This document shows positions 10,864 through 20,554 of a DNA stretch of 64,000 bases, piece by piece. The stretch comes from Alphaproteobacteria bacterium (GTDB taxonomy: Bacteria; Pseudomonadota; Alphaproteobacteria; UBA9219). Within the stretch, counting starts at the first letter, position 1, and each line of letters starts with the position of its first letter. Made by a program: the position numbers and the translations under genes. Location of the stretch: the NCBI GenBank assembly GCA_013286365.1, contig JABDFY010000001.1:5860-69859 (forward strand). Reading direction: 5' to 3'. Below the pieces are notes generated by a model. It saw nothing but the letters and a program-made list of their open reading frames with translations, was not told the origin of the DNA and did not search any database.

Positions 10864-12098
10864 TATTGTGCGTCGAGCCCATAGGCCGTGTGCAGAGCGC
10901 GTAAGGCCAGTTCCGTATATTCTTCGGCGATAAGTACACTAAGGCTGATTTCCGAAGTATCGATAACTTGAATATTAATTTTTTTATCGGCCAAGGTTTG
11001 GAACATTGTTGCTGCAACGCCAGCTTGACTTCGCATGCCAAGTCCAACCAGTGAAATCTTCGATACATTCCTGTCCGTTATCACTTTCGTAAAACCGATT
11101 CTACTGCGTTCACTCTCGAGTGCTTGCACGGCTCGATCCAGATCGTTCTTGCTGACAGTAAAAGTAATGTCGGTTGCTTGTCCATCATCAGAAGAGGTCT
11201 GTACAATCATATCTACACTAATGCCCATTTTGGCGAGCGGGCCAAAAACAGCGGCTGCGACGCCCGGTTTATCGGCAACCTTGACGAGAGAAATTTTTGC
11301 CTCGTCGCGTGTATAAGCAACGCCTGTTACAGATCCTTGCTCCATGGTCTCATCTCCATCCGTTACGAGAGTGCCGGGCAGTTCACTGCCGACGGCGTTA
11401 GCAAATGTCGATAGAACTTGCATTGGCACGTGATAACGCCAAGCTAACTCCACCGAACGTGTTTGTAGGACCTTGGCGCCGTTCGCAGCAAGTTCTAGCA
11501 TCTCTTCATAGGTAATGCGCGCTAGTTTACGAGCCTTGGTCACGATTCGTGGATCGGTCGTGTAAACGCCATCGACATCGGTATATATATCACATCGATC
11601 TGCCTTGAGTGCAGCGGCTAGCGCAACAGCTGATGTGTCCGAGCCACCGCGCCCTAATGTTGTGATGCTTCCGTCGTCAGAAACGCCCTGAAAGCCGGCC
11701 ATGACGCCAATTTCTCCGTCGTCAATTCGTTTGCGTAAGGCTGCAGCGTTAACATCTATGATACGTGCGCGTCCGTGTGTGGAGTCAGTGCGCAAGGGTA
11801 ATTGCCATCCTAGCCAAGAACGCGCATTTATGCCGCGTTGTTGTAATGCCAGTGCCATCAAGCCAGCTGTTACTTGCTCTCCAGACGCGACCACAGCATC
11901 GTATTCACGAGGGTCGTGCATGGGTGAGATTGCCTTGCAATGATTAATCAATTGGTCAGTAACACCTGCCATCGCCGATACCACGACGGCGATCTTGTGG
12001 CCTTTTTGAACTTCCGCTGCAACCTTGGCCGCAGCGTTTTTAATCCGCTCAATATCGCCAACTGAAGTACCGCCAAATTTAACGACTACAAATGCCAT
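10863..12098 (-). CDS. lysC: Aspartate kinase
   Basis: VKFGGTSV, TTLGRGGSDTSA, TDVDGVYT, two ACT domains. Confidence 0.96.
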   Translation of the reverse strand: MAFVVVKFGGTSVGDIERIKNAAAKVAAEVQKGHKIAVVVSAMAGVTDQLINHCKAISPMHDPREYDAVVASGEQVTAGLMALALQQRGINARSWLGWQLPLRTDSTHGRARIIDVNAAALRKRIDDGEIGVMAGFQGVSDDGSITTLGRGGSDTSAVALAAALKADRCDIYTDVDGVYTTDPRIVTKARKLARITYEEMLELAANGAKVLQTRSVELAWRYHVPMQVLSTFANAVGSELPGTLVTDGDETMEQGSVTGVAYTRDEAKISLVKVADKPGVAAAVFGPLAKMGISVDMIVQTSSDDGQATDITFTVSKNDLDRAVQALESERSRIGFTKVITDRNVSKISLVGLGMRSQAGVAATMFQTLADKKINIQVIDTSEISLSVLIAEEYTELALRALHTAYGLDAQ

Positions 12099-12255
12099 TA
12101 TTAACCTGCTAGATAAGTAAACTAGGTGATTAGAAGCCAGTTGTCAGATTAGCGGCAGAATACTTTTCTGCTATACTATTGGGATCTGAAAACTGACCTC
12201 GTATATTCGCAGTCTTATTCATAGCCTTGCAATCCTCAACCGCGCAAGTACAACC

Positions 12256-13002
12256 ATGTCTCGACGCCACTCTGCAAGTATTGCCGTAGAAGAAGTAGCC
12301 CAGTTTACCCGGCATGCCGAAGATTGGTGGAATCCCGATGGAAAATTCAAGCCCCTTCATCGCTTAAACCCTGTTCGCCTGGCTTATGTCCGCGAGCAAG
12401 TTTGTGAGCATTTTGGCCGGGACAGAGGGGCGCGCCATTCATTTAAAGGGTTAAAAATTCTAGATGTGGGCTGTGGCGGGGGGCTATTATCCGAACCCCT
12501 TGCTCGCTTGGGTGGACACGTTACCGGTTTAGATGCTTCAGAAGCTACGATTGCACTTGCTCGTCAGCATGCAAAATTATCAGGCCTTACTATCGATTAC
12601 TGTACCGGGGGCGTCGAAACCCTTGCACGAAAAGGCTCACGATACGATTTGATTTTTGCGCTCGAAATAATCGAACATGTTGCCGATGTTGGGTCGTTCT
12701 TGAAATCACTCGCAACATTACTGAAGCCTAACGGCCTCATTATAATGAGTACACTTAATAGAACGTCCAAAAGTTTCTTGCTTGGCATTGTGGCAGCCGA
12801 ATATGTCTTGGGCTGGGTCCCGCGAGGAACACATCAATGGAATAAATTTATTCGTCCCTCTGAACTGGTGCGACAACTTGATCAAGTCAATATCGAAACC
12901 AAAGATATATCGGGCTTGTCCTTTAACCCATTGCGCGGGGCGTTTGTTTTGCGCAGCGTCGATATTGATGTCAATTATATTTTAACGGCGGTCAAACGCT
13001 AA
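12256..13002 (+). CDS. ubiG: Ubiquinone biosynthesis O-methyltransferase
   Basis: WWNPDGKFKPLHRLNPVR, LDVGCGGGLLSE, EIIEHV, GTHQW. Confidence 0.95.
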   Translation: MSRRHSASIAVEEVAQFTRHAEDWWNPDGKFKPLHRLNPVRLAYVREQVCEHFGRDRGARHSFKGLKILDVGCGGGLLSEPLARLGGHVTGLDASEATIALARQHAKLSGLTIDYCTGGVETLARKGSRYDLIFALEIIEHVADVGSFLKSLATLLKPNGLIIMSTLNRTSKSFLLGIVAAEYVLGWVPRGTHQWNKFIRPSELVRQLDQVNIETKDISGLSFNPLRGAFVLRSVDIDVNYILTAVKR

Positions 13003-13006
13003 ATCT

Positions 13007-13834
13007 TCAATTTGGTTTCTCGAAAGGGCGATCATGCTGAAGGCTTGGCAGCATTCTTCTGCTTTCACTTACCTTGTTGAGATCAAGCTCAGCCACGATG
13101 ACGCCAGTCTTGTCACCAGATTCGGCCAATATCTTTCCCCATGGATCAATAATCAGCGAATGACCAAATGTCTTTCGGTTACCATCATGTTCACCGCATT
13201 GTGCGGGAGCAAGAATGAAGGCTCCCGTTTCTATGGCGCGTGCACGCAATAAAACATGCCAGTGAGCTTGACCCGTAGGGACTGTAAAAGCGGCGGGAAC
13301 GGCGATAATTGACGCTCCGGCTTTTGCTAGGGCGCGGTAGAGATGTGGAAAGCGCATGTCGTAGCAAATTGTCAGGCCAATTTTGCCCCACGGCGTATCA
13401 ACGACAACGGCGCGATCACCGGGGTGGAACGAGGCAGACTCATGATACGTTTCGTTACCCCCAACATCAGCGTCAAACATGTGGATCTTGTCGTAATATC
13501 CGGCAATCTCCCCCTGCGGATTGAATATGTAGCAACGATTGGCAAGCCTACCGTCACCAAAAATAATGGCGAGACTTCCGCCAATAATCCAAGCACCTGT
13601 TTCTTTTGCCACACGGCAAAAAAAGGGGACTGCAGGATGCTCGCTTTCGGATTTCGCTCGCGCGAATAGCTTGTCGCGCCCCTTCACCATCATGCTGACG
13701 TTTTCCGGCAGCGCTATCAATTCTGCCCCACGTCGGCGCGCTTCTTTGATTGCTTCGGCGAGATAGTCGAGATTGGCTGCTATTTCAGGGCCGGCATTTG
13801 TCTGGATACATGCGGCGACGAGAGACTTATTCAT
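13007..13834 (-). CDS. Carbon-nitrogen hydrolase (Nit1-like deaminated glutathione amidase)
   Basis: Glu-Lys-Cys triad in LPEN, YDKIHMFD, ICYDMRFP; RARAIE; next to glutaredoxin. Confidence 0.9.
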   Translation of the reverse strand: MNKSLVAACIQTNAGPEIAANLDYLAEAIKEARRRGAELIALPENVSMMVKGRDKLFARAKSESEHPAVPFFCRVAKETGAWIIGGSLAIIFGDGRLANRCYIFNPQGEIAGYYDKIHMFDADVGGNETYHESASFHPGDRAVVVDTPWGKIGLTICYDMRFPHLYRALAKAGASIIAVPAAFTVPTGQAHWHVLLRARAIETGAFILAPAQCGEHDGNRKTFGHSLIIDPWGKILAESGDKTGVIVAELDLNKVSESRRMLPSLQHDRPFEKPN

Positions 13835-14088
13835 GCCGCTAGGAGCGCATCTAATTTTCCAGCGGCATCGAGTGCGTAAAGATCATCGCAGCCACCGATA
13901 TGCTGTCCATTAATAAATATTTGTGGGATGGTTTGTTTACCTCCCGAGCGCTTCTTCATTTCGTCAAGTTTATCTGGATTAGCGCGGACGTCAATTTCTT
14001 CAAAAGAGGCACCTTTTTTTTGCAACAACAGTTTTGCCCGGCTGCAATAAGGGCAACTAGGGCCGGAATAAACGGTAATAGTGGACAT
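13831..14088 (-). CDS. grxC: Glutaredoxin 3
   Basis: CPYC, TIPQIFI, GGCDDL; GGGAGG SD before ATG 14088. Confidence 0.95.
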   Translation of the reverse strand: MSTITVYSGPSCPYCSRAKLLLQKKGASFEEIDVRANPDKLDEMKKRSGGKQTIPQIFINGQHIGGCDDLYALDAAGKLDALLAA

Positions 14089-14249
14089 GAATACCTCCCT
14101 CAAATAATCGCCTGCGCTTGAGTATAGGATATATGTTTTGCCATTTTCTAGTCGGGATAATGGCTTACCCAAATATCGCTCCACGAATGCGGCAAAAATA
14201 ATGCAGACCAAGGCTTGGGGCTAAGGAAACCTTAGGGCATAGTGGCGCT

Positions 14250-15062
14250 ATGCATGAAGTCAACCACATCTTAGTTTTTGATCGCGTCTTGGTGCGTCGT
14301 CACCAGGATCGGGCTGCCGCCTCATTTGCACGGCATAGTGTGTTGTTTGAAGAAATGGCAACACAAATTATTGATCGTCTTGGCGATGTTAAGCGAGAAT
14401 TTAAGGCTGCTCTTGACCTTGGGTCTCATAAAGATTTCCTGTCGCGGCACTTGATCGAACGTAAAATACCTTTCGTTGTTTCCGGCAGCCTATCGGAGCC
14501 GATGGCACGGCAGACGACTGGATTATCGGTTGTTGCTGATGAAGAATTTTTGCCATTCGCTCCGGATAGCTTCGATCTCATCGTTAGTAATTTAAGTATG
14601 CACTGGGTTAATGATTTGCCCGGGGCTTTACTGCAATTGCGCAAAATATTGCGACCGGACGGTTTATTTATGGCAACTGTGTTCGGCGAAAATACTCTCT
14701 GTGAGTTGCGGAGCTGTTTGCTGGAAGCAGAACTGGCCGTTACTGGTGGTATTAGTCCACGCCTTTCTCCCACAGCCTCATTACGAGATATGAGCGCTCT
14801 GTTACAGCGCGCAGGCTTTACGTTGCCCGTTACGGATCAGGAATCAGTTACGCTAACCTATCCCGATGCCTTTGCGTTAATGTACGATTTGCGCGGTATG
14901 GGGGAAACAAACGCCCATCGCCATCGCCAACGGAGCTTTACCCGGCCCACCATTTTGCGCGAGGCCGCAAAGATATATCATGCCCGTTATGGAAGTGCGG
15001 AAGGGCAGATTCCAGCGACTTTTGATGTCCTCTTTTTGCATGGCTGGGCGCCTATGGTTTGA
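14250..15062 (+). CDS. SAM-dependent methyltransferase (BioC/NDUFAF5-like)
   Basis: LDLGSH, ADEEFLPF, MHWVNDLPG, LLQRAGF, DLRGMGE, IPATF. Confidence 0.88.
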   Translation: MHEVNHILVFDRVLVRRHQDRAAASFARHSVLFEEMATQIIDRLGDVKREFKAALDLGSHKDFLSRHLIERKIPFVVSGSLSEPMARQTTGLSVVADEEFLPFAPDSFDLIVSNLSMHWVNDLPGALLQLRKILRPDGLFMATVFGENTLCELRSCLLEAELAVTGGISPRLSPTASLRDMSALLQRAGFTLPVTDQESVTLTYPDAFALMYDLRGMGETNAHRHRQRSFTRPTILREAAKIYHARYGSAEGQIPATFDVLFLHGWAPMV

Positions 15063-15066
15063 TATT

Positions 15067-15183
15067 TAAACCTCTGCTTAACTCTTGGCGTAGTGTCTTG
15101 ATATTTCAGTGAATAATTTTTCTGGCTGAGATAGATTTCATCAATATTATAGGCGGAAAATCAAAAGCTTAACGGGATTTTAG
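15067..15183 (+). promoter_or_regulatory. Two near-consensus CtrA boxes upstream of the PAS histidine kinase
   Basis: TAAA-N7-TTAAC at 15067-15082 and TTAA-N7-TTAG at 15169-15183, each one mismatch from TTAA-N7-TTAA. Confidence 0.35.
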
Positions 15184-15237
15184 GGATAAAACCCGAAGGT
15201 AATGTGAGCAAGCCCTACAACCCCGCTTCCTTTGCCC

Positions 15238-17367
15238 ATGACCGAAAAAATAACCTCATTGCCCCAGCCTTTTGCACAGCCGCGTCTGCTAGGTGCGACG
15301 CTTAACTTTTTGTTCGCAATCGCCGGTGTCGGGATCGTTATTTCCTTGCTGCTTTTCTTTCTTGTGCGGCAAGAAGTCAATGCCTTTCTCACCCATCAGT
15401 TAGAAAAGTCGGTGCTGCGTAGCATTGAGCATCTCCAGCAGCAGGTTGAAGAAGATCAGGTCTTGGTTGGGTCTTTGGCCGGATTGTTGGCAATCAATGA
15501 CAATTTGAATAAGGAAGATCTACAACAATTTATTACGGCATCCGACCATGACCAGAGCACGATAGACCATATCTATTCAGTATTAGTAGATGATGGAAAA
15601 GTTCATATGGTGGACGAGTTGCTTGACCGTGCGCGTTCTAGAACTTTCGTTTTTGTTCCTGAAGATCTTGATGGGCTCGACGATATAATTCGCTACACTT
15701 CCTCTGCCTTAAAGCCTACGTCCTCTGTTTTGCGCGAACGCCATAATAGCGATGCAAGTTGGCTTGTCATTGCACGACCCATTGAAGGTAGGCACAGCAA
15801 GGTCAATGTTGTTGTTGGGTTTGTCGCCATCTCGCAATTATTTACTGAGCTTACAAACCTGCAATCTGTTGGCATTCTGACACAATTGACGGCTGTTGAA
15901 GAAGTTGGTGGTACAACTCGTACGTTTCTAACATTCAACGAAACGCAGGTTCCTATATCGAGCATTGTCGTTCCGCAAGAAGCGGAAGAAAAAATTACGC
16001 TTGATGACCGCGATTGGCGTCTTAAATTCAGTAGCATGCCACGCGGCAACGTCATGCTCATCGCCGCATTGCCGCATATAATTCTGTTTGTCAGCTTGTT
16101 GCTAACGTGGTCGCTAGTTATGTATTTGCGTATCGCCCGGACGCGCGGTACTGAGGTCTCTGATCTAGCGCTATCGCTGCGGCGCGCAAATGATGAACTT
16201 AATCGTAAAATAGCCGATGAGGAGCGCATGGCCCGTGCTTTGCGCGAAAGCGAACACAAATATCGCGCCATATTTGAGAATGCCGGTATCGGCATTTGCC
16301 AGATAGCCATATCTGGTGAATGGCTAAACGCTAACCGGACTGTCGCGCAAATTTTGGGTTATGACAGTCCACAGGAATTGCTGCTGGATCAGCCCGATTT
16401 GCATGGCCGGCTTTTTGTTGAAAGCCTTCAGCGCCGTGAGTGGTTTACAAAGCTGCAGGAAGGAAGTCAGCGCGAATACGCGACGGAGCTTTACACCAAG
16501 AAGCATCGTGCAATATGGGTTAACATGAGCGGTCATGCTGTGCGCGATAATAAAAATAACACCTTATATTTTGAGTGCACGATGTATGACATTACCGAGC
16601 GACGCCAAGCTGAATTTGCGCTTATTCAAGCCAAAGAGCAGGCTGATTTTGCCAATCGCAGTAAATCGGAATTTCTTGCCAACATGAGCCATGAGTTGCG
16701 CACCCCGCTCAACGCTATCATTGGCTTTTCTGAAATCATCAAAGATCAACTTTTTGGTCCTGTTAGCCAACCTCAATATGTTGAATATTCGCGCGATATA
16801 TATGATAGCGGCGAATTGTTATTATCGCTCATCAATGACATTCTAGATATGTCAAAAATCGAGGCCGGCAAGCGTGCTTTGGCAGAGACCGTGATCGATG
16901 TCGAGCGGCTCGTTCAGTCGGTCATACGGCTCGTGGCCTCGCGTGCCAAGTCGGGTCGCTTAAGACTAGGCATACATGTGCCTAAAGAGTTGCCGGCGTT
17001 TCGTGGTGAAGAACGCGCGATTAAGCAAATTCTTACTAATCTTCTTACCAACGCAATTAAATTTACGCCTGAAGGTGGCAGCGTTACGCTTACGGCAAAC
17101 GTCGATCAATTCAACCGTATGTGCATCGTTGTCGAGGACACCGGCATCGGTATGAAATCAGAGGACATTCCTGTCGCACTGGCACCTTTTGGTCAGATCG
17201 AGAACGCGCTTAGCCGTAAGAGCCAAGGCACAGGACTTGGGTTACCGTTGACAAAAGCCTTGGTCGAACTTCATGGCGGTGTGCTTGACCTGCAAAGTAA
17301 AATTGGTGTCGGGACTAAAGTTACGATTATCTTCCCTGCCGACCGCGTCATCAGTAAAATTCAATAA
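15238..17367 (+). CDS. Membrane sensor histidine kinase, PleC/DivJ-like (2 TM, periplasmic sensor, PAS, HisKA, HATPase)
   Basis: H-box [42 protein letters not shown]; [11 protein letters not shown]...YDITER. Confidence 0.9.
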   Translation: MTEKITSLPQPFAQPRLLGATLNFLFAIAGVGIVISLLLFFLVRQEVNAFLTHQLEKSVLRSIEHLQQQVEEDQVLVGSLAGLLAINDNLNKEDLQQFITASDHDQSTIDHIYSVLVDDGKVHMVDELLDRARSRTFVFVPEDLDGLDDIIRYTSSALKPTSSVLRERHNSDASWLVIARPIEGRHSKVNVVVGFVAISQLFTELTNLQSVGILTQLTAVEEVGGTTRTFLTFNETQVPISSIVVPQEAEEKITLDDRDWRLKFSSMPRGNVMLIAALPHIILFVSLLLTWSLVMYLRIARTRGTEVSDLALSLRRANDELNRKIADEERMARALRESEHKYRAIFENAGIGICQIAISGEWLNANRTVAQILGYDSPQELLLDQPDLHGRLFVESLQRREWFTKLQEGSQREYATELYTKKHRAIWVNMSGHAVRDNKNNTLYFECTMYDITERRQAEFALIQAKEQADFANRSKSEFLANMSHELRTPLNAIIGFSEIIKDQLFGPVSQPQYVEYSRDIYDSGELLLSLINDILDMSKIEAGKRALAETVIDVERLVQSVIRLVASRAKSGRLRLGIHVPKELPAFRGEERAIKQILTNLLTNAIKFTPEGGSVTLTANVDQFNRMCIVVEDTGIGMKSEDIPVALAPFGQIENALSRKSQGTGLGLPLTKALVELHGGVLDLQSKIGVGTKVTIIFPADRVISKIQ

Positions 17368-19022
17368 TCTTTCACAGATATAATTCCAAGCTTGATAAGC
17401 CAGCCCAGCGCGCGCCACAACCGTGAACGATCAAAACTGGGGAATTGTTTAAAAATATCACCGCACATTGTCGTGCCTTGTTTTGAAACATAGTTGATCA
17501 GGGCCGTCATATCGTCTGCTGGCAGCATCATATCGATGGCAAGGACATTAATTTCATGACGCCACAGCATTTTTATCGTCTCTGAAGATGCCGATAAACT
17601 AACGCGATCTGTTTCTGCAAAAGGTTTTGACGGATAAGTTGCATACATCGAGTAGGGATCGGGGGCCTGTGGCATGACAGATGACCATGAGAGAGGGGCT
17701 ATGTTCGCCTTGTCACGAAGCCGTTTTGCCGCCATTTCTTGCCATAATTGTTGATAAGACAGAATAATTTTTTTCCAATCATATTGATTGCGCACGCGAA
17801 TACGCGCTTTTTCGATAATTGTTCTGCGTTTATCTTTGTCTTCAATTAAAAGCTTGATGGCTTGCGCCGCCATATCAACGTCGATAGCTACCGAAAGAGC
17901 GGTTTTGGCAAGATAGCCGCCATAAACTTCTTTGCCGCTCAGTAGCAATGTTGCCAATTCTTTTCCCATTCCCGGCGGTGGTTGTCTGGTCTTAATAAGA
18001 AATCCATCTTCGCCGTGTTGAACACTATCACGATATCCATCCCAGTCGCTTATGACGCGAGGCAATCCAGCGGCCATCGCCTCAATCGGCGTTAAACCAA
18101 AACTTTCCTGCATGTTGTCGATTAGTGAAAGAAAAATATCACCAGCGGCCCACAATCCATCTGGGTACAAAGGATCATTGCTAGCAATAAATTTTACTTT
18201 AGCTTTAACGCATACATCGGTTGCTAGTTGTTGAAACTGGACTTCGGCATCTTTGGGTACAAAATAACCCATCATGACCAGATGAATTGACGCGCCCGTG
18301 AGTGCGGCAGCACGTTCAGCTGCTTGAAACATAGCCAAAGGATGCGCCTTCAGGACATGGCTCAGACGACCAACCCAGAGGAGAACTATATCCGTGTCGC
18401 CAAGGCCTAGCTTTTTTCGTTGATCTGCGCGCTTATCGGTTCGGCCAAGGTCAGCAAATTTATCGATATCAATACCAAGTGGAATGATGGGAAGTTGAAC
18501 AGGACAATGATAATTCGCACCAAAACGCATGCGCAAATAGTCGCTATACATATCCCAAAATGTACTTATGGCTGAGCGAGCCGCGCGTGATGGACAAACG
18601 ATCGCATCAGTTTCTTCTGAGGGTGATAAGCAATATTGTTCGAGTAATTCGCCTGTTTCCATGCCGCTTAAAGCGTGAGCAAGTCCACAGAACGTAAAGC
18701 TTGATCCAGGCATTGACTGTCGTTGCCAGAGTAGGCGCTGACAATCCGGCACGAGGCGCAGGATGGTTGAAAATTGTCCTAAATTTTCACGGGTAAAACG
18801 TTGGTCGAGCGCAACAATACGGTTTTTATCGACGTCAACAGCCGCAGCGGTTTCGTGTAACTCTTCCAACGCTTGTTTGGAATTGATCAGAAAATGAAAT
18901 TTTTCCTCATGTCCAAAACGAAACCATGCCTTGAGCCAATCTAAGACAGCAACCTGTAATCCGAAGATCTCGCGTGCAGCTTCAGGCGTTTTGACGGGAT
19001 TATAATAGATACCTAGGGTCAT
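17361..19022 (-). CDS. Glycosyltransferase family 4
   Basis: [38 protein letters not shown]. Confidence 0.88.
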   Translation of the reverse strand: MTLGIYYNPVKTPEAAREIFGLQVAVLDWLKAWFRFGHEEKFHFLINSKQALEELHETAAAVDVDKNRIVALDQRFTRENLGQFSTILRLVPDCQRLLWQRQSMPGSSFTFCGLAHALSGMETGELLEQYCLSPSEETDAIVCPSRAARSAISTFWDMYSDYLRMRFGANYHCPVQLPIIPLGIDIDKFADLGRTDKRADQRKKLGLGDTDIVLLWVGRLSHVLKAHPLAMFQAAERAAALTGASIHLVMMGYFVPKDAEVQFQQLATDVCVKAKVKFIASNDPLYPDGLWAAGDIFLSLIDNMQESFGLTPIEAMAAGLPRVISDWDGYRDSVQHGEDGFLIKTRQPPPGMGKELATLLLSGKEVYGGYLAKTALSVAIDVDMAAQAIKLLIEDKDKRRTIIEKARIRVRNQYDWKKIILSYQQLWQEMAAKRLRDKANIAPLSWSSVMPQAPDPYSMYATYPSKPFAETDRVSLSASSETIKMLWRHEINVLAIDMMLPADDMTALINYVSKQGTTMCGDIFKQFPSFDRSRLWRALGWLIKLGIISVKDY

Positions 19023-19108
19023 GGTTACTCAGATTTGCCAAGGATCGGCGGCTTGGGTGACGAGGATTTTCGCTTCCGCGAGGATGGCATACCAGTTAGA
19101 TTGATTCT

Positions 19109-19879
19109 ATGGAATGGACCGATGAAGCCATAATACTTTCTGCACGACCGCATGGCGAGACAGCTGCCGTTGTAACCTTATTGACGCCTGAACATGGCCG
19201 CCATGCCGGTTTGATGCCAGGCGGGCAAGGGCGTATGCAGAGCATGCTTCAGCCCGGCAATCGTGTGAAGGCTAAATGGCGTGCTCGGCTCACAGAACAG
19301 CTCGGCAATTATACGCTTGATCTCATAACAACACACGCTGCTGCCTGGCTCGATACGCCGGAAATTCTCAGCATTATCGCCAGTGCTTGTGCGGTAACAG
19401 AGGCCAGTTTACCGGAACGTCAGCCGATGCCGGGCGTTTACGCTGGTCTGGCTACTCTGTTTAGCTTACGGGATCCTGAATTATGGGGACCTGCCTACGT
19501 CAAATGGGAAATCGGCTTATTACAAGCACTGGGATACGGTCTTGATCTTAGCCAAGGCGCGGCCACAGGCGGTGCCGATGATCTCGTTTATGTCAGTCCC
19601 CGTACAGGTCGTGCGGTATCCATTACAGCTGGGGAGCCATATCAGGAAAAACTTCTGGCACTCCCAGCATTTTTATTAGGCGTGCCGGAATGGGAAGCTA
19701 GCGATATTGGTGAGGGACTTGAGCTGACAGGGCACTTTCTCAGAACCCATGTATTTGTACATCCCCATAGTCGCCTTCTCATCGCACAGGCCGGCGATTT
19801 ACCGCAAGCGCGGCAGAGGTTAGCGGATTTGTACATTAAACTATCAGAAAACGATGGTGCGCTAGCGCACGCCATCTAA
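19109..19879 (+). CDS. recO: DNA repair protein RecO
   Basis: MEWTDEAIILSARPHGE, LQPGN, WRARL..QLG, LGYGLDL, YVSPRTGRAVS. Confidence 0.95.
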   Translation: MEWTDEAIILSARPHGETAAVVTLLTPEHGRHAGLMPGGQGRMQSMLQPGNRVKAKWRARLTEQLGNYTLDLITTHAAAWLDTPEILSIIASACAVTEASLPERQPMPGVYAGLATLFSLRDPELWGPAYVKWEIGLLQALGYGLDLSQGAATGGADDLVYVSPRTGRAVSITAGEPYQEKLLALPAFLLGVPEWEASDIGEGLELTGHFLRTHVFVHPHSRLLIAQAGDLPQARQRLADLYIKLSENDGALAHAI

Positions 19880-20490
19880 TGTTTTTTTCCAAGCCGGTTG
19901 TAACGCCCATCTTTGGTATTATATTTTTTTTCGTATTTGTTGGGCTCAAAAAGATAAATCTGGGGCATCCAGATATTGCCGGCATCATAATCGCTGAGTA
20001 CAATGTAAATGCCGTTATCCATTTCTTGTTGTGAAAGTTGTTCAAGCGAAAATTTAAGATTGGCGATGCCATCAGATTCAGCTCCATTGGCCAGCGGGAT
20101 CATCGCGCCTGTCAGTAATATAATTTTGTCTTTTAACCCACTATTATTCCGTAGTTGTTCATAAAAATATTCTGCCGATTGCAGCATACTGTCGGTTCCA
20201 TGCGTGATCAGAATTCTATATTCGTCGGCTTGTGCAACAGTATCTACAATAATTTCACGATAGGCATCATCGATGCCCTTGGAATCCCGCGGTTCAAGGG
20301 ACATCACACGTGTTTTGGTAATACCGAATGCAGCGTTGGTCAGAAGATCGCGCACGGGGTCACTACCCAAGTCAGGAAAGAATGAATATTTGGGTGGCTT
20401 GCGCGGATCGGGATAGGGCAGGGAACCAATCGTGCCGCCGGTGGTGATAACGAGAATGCTTTTGGTTGCTGTGTTTCGCTGACTACGCAT
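19876..20490 (-). CDS. Short asparaginase-domain protein (N-terminal catalytic domain only)
   Basis: ITTGGTI, DSKG, ITHGTDSM, LTGAMIP, SDG..NL; 204 aa. Confidence 0.82.
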   Translation of the reverse strand: MRSQRNTATKSILVITTGGTIGSLPYPDPRKPPKYSFFPDLGSDPVRDLLTNAAFGITKTRVMSLEPRDSKGIDDAYREIIVDTVAQADEYRILITHGTDSMLQSAEYFYEQLRNNSGLKDKIILLTGAMIPLANGAESDGIANLKFSLEQLSQQEMDNGIYIVLSDYDAGNIWMPQIYLFEPNKYEKKYNTKDGRYNRLGKKH

Positions 20491-20554
20491 TGTGTTGTAT
20501 TTAATTTATGTATGTCTGGTGGAGCGTATGGTGGACGGCCCTACTCCTCAACCC

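Noticed and set aside
14089-14211. Apparent N-terminal extension on glutaredoxin
   Set aside because: Strong SD precedes ATG 14088; extension is an ORF-caller artefact.
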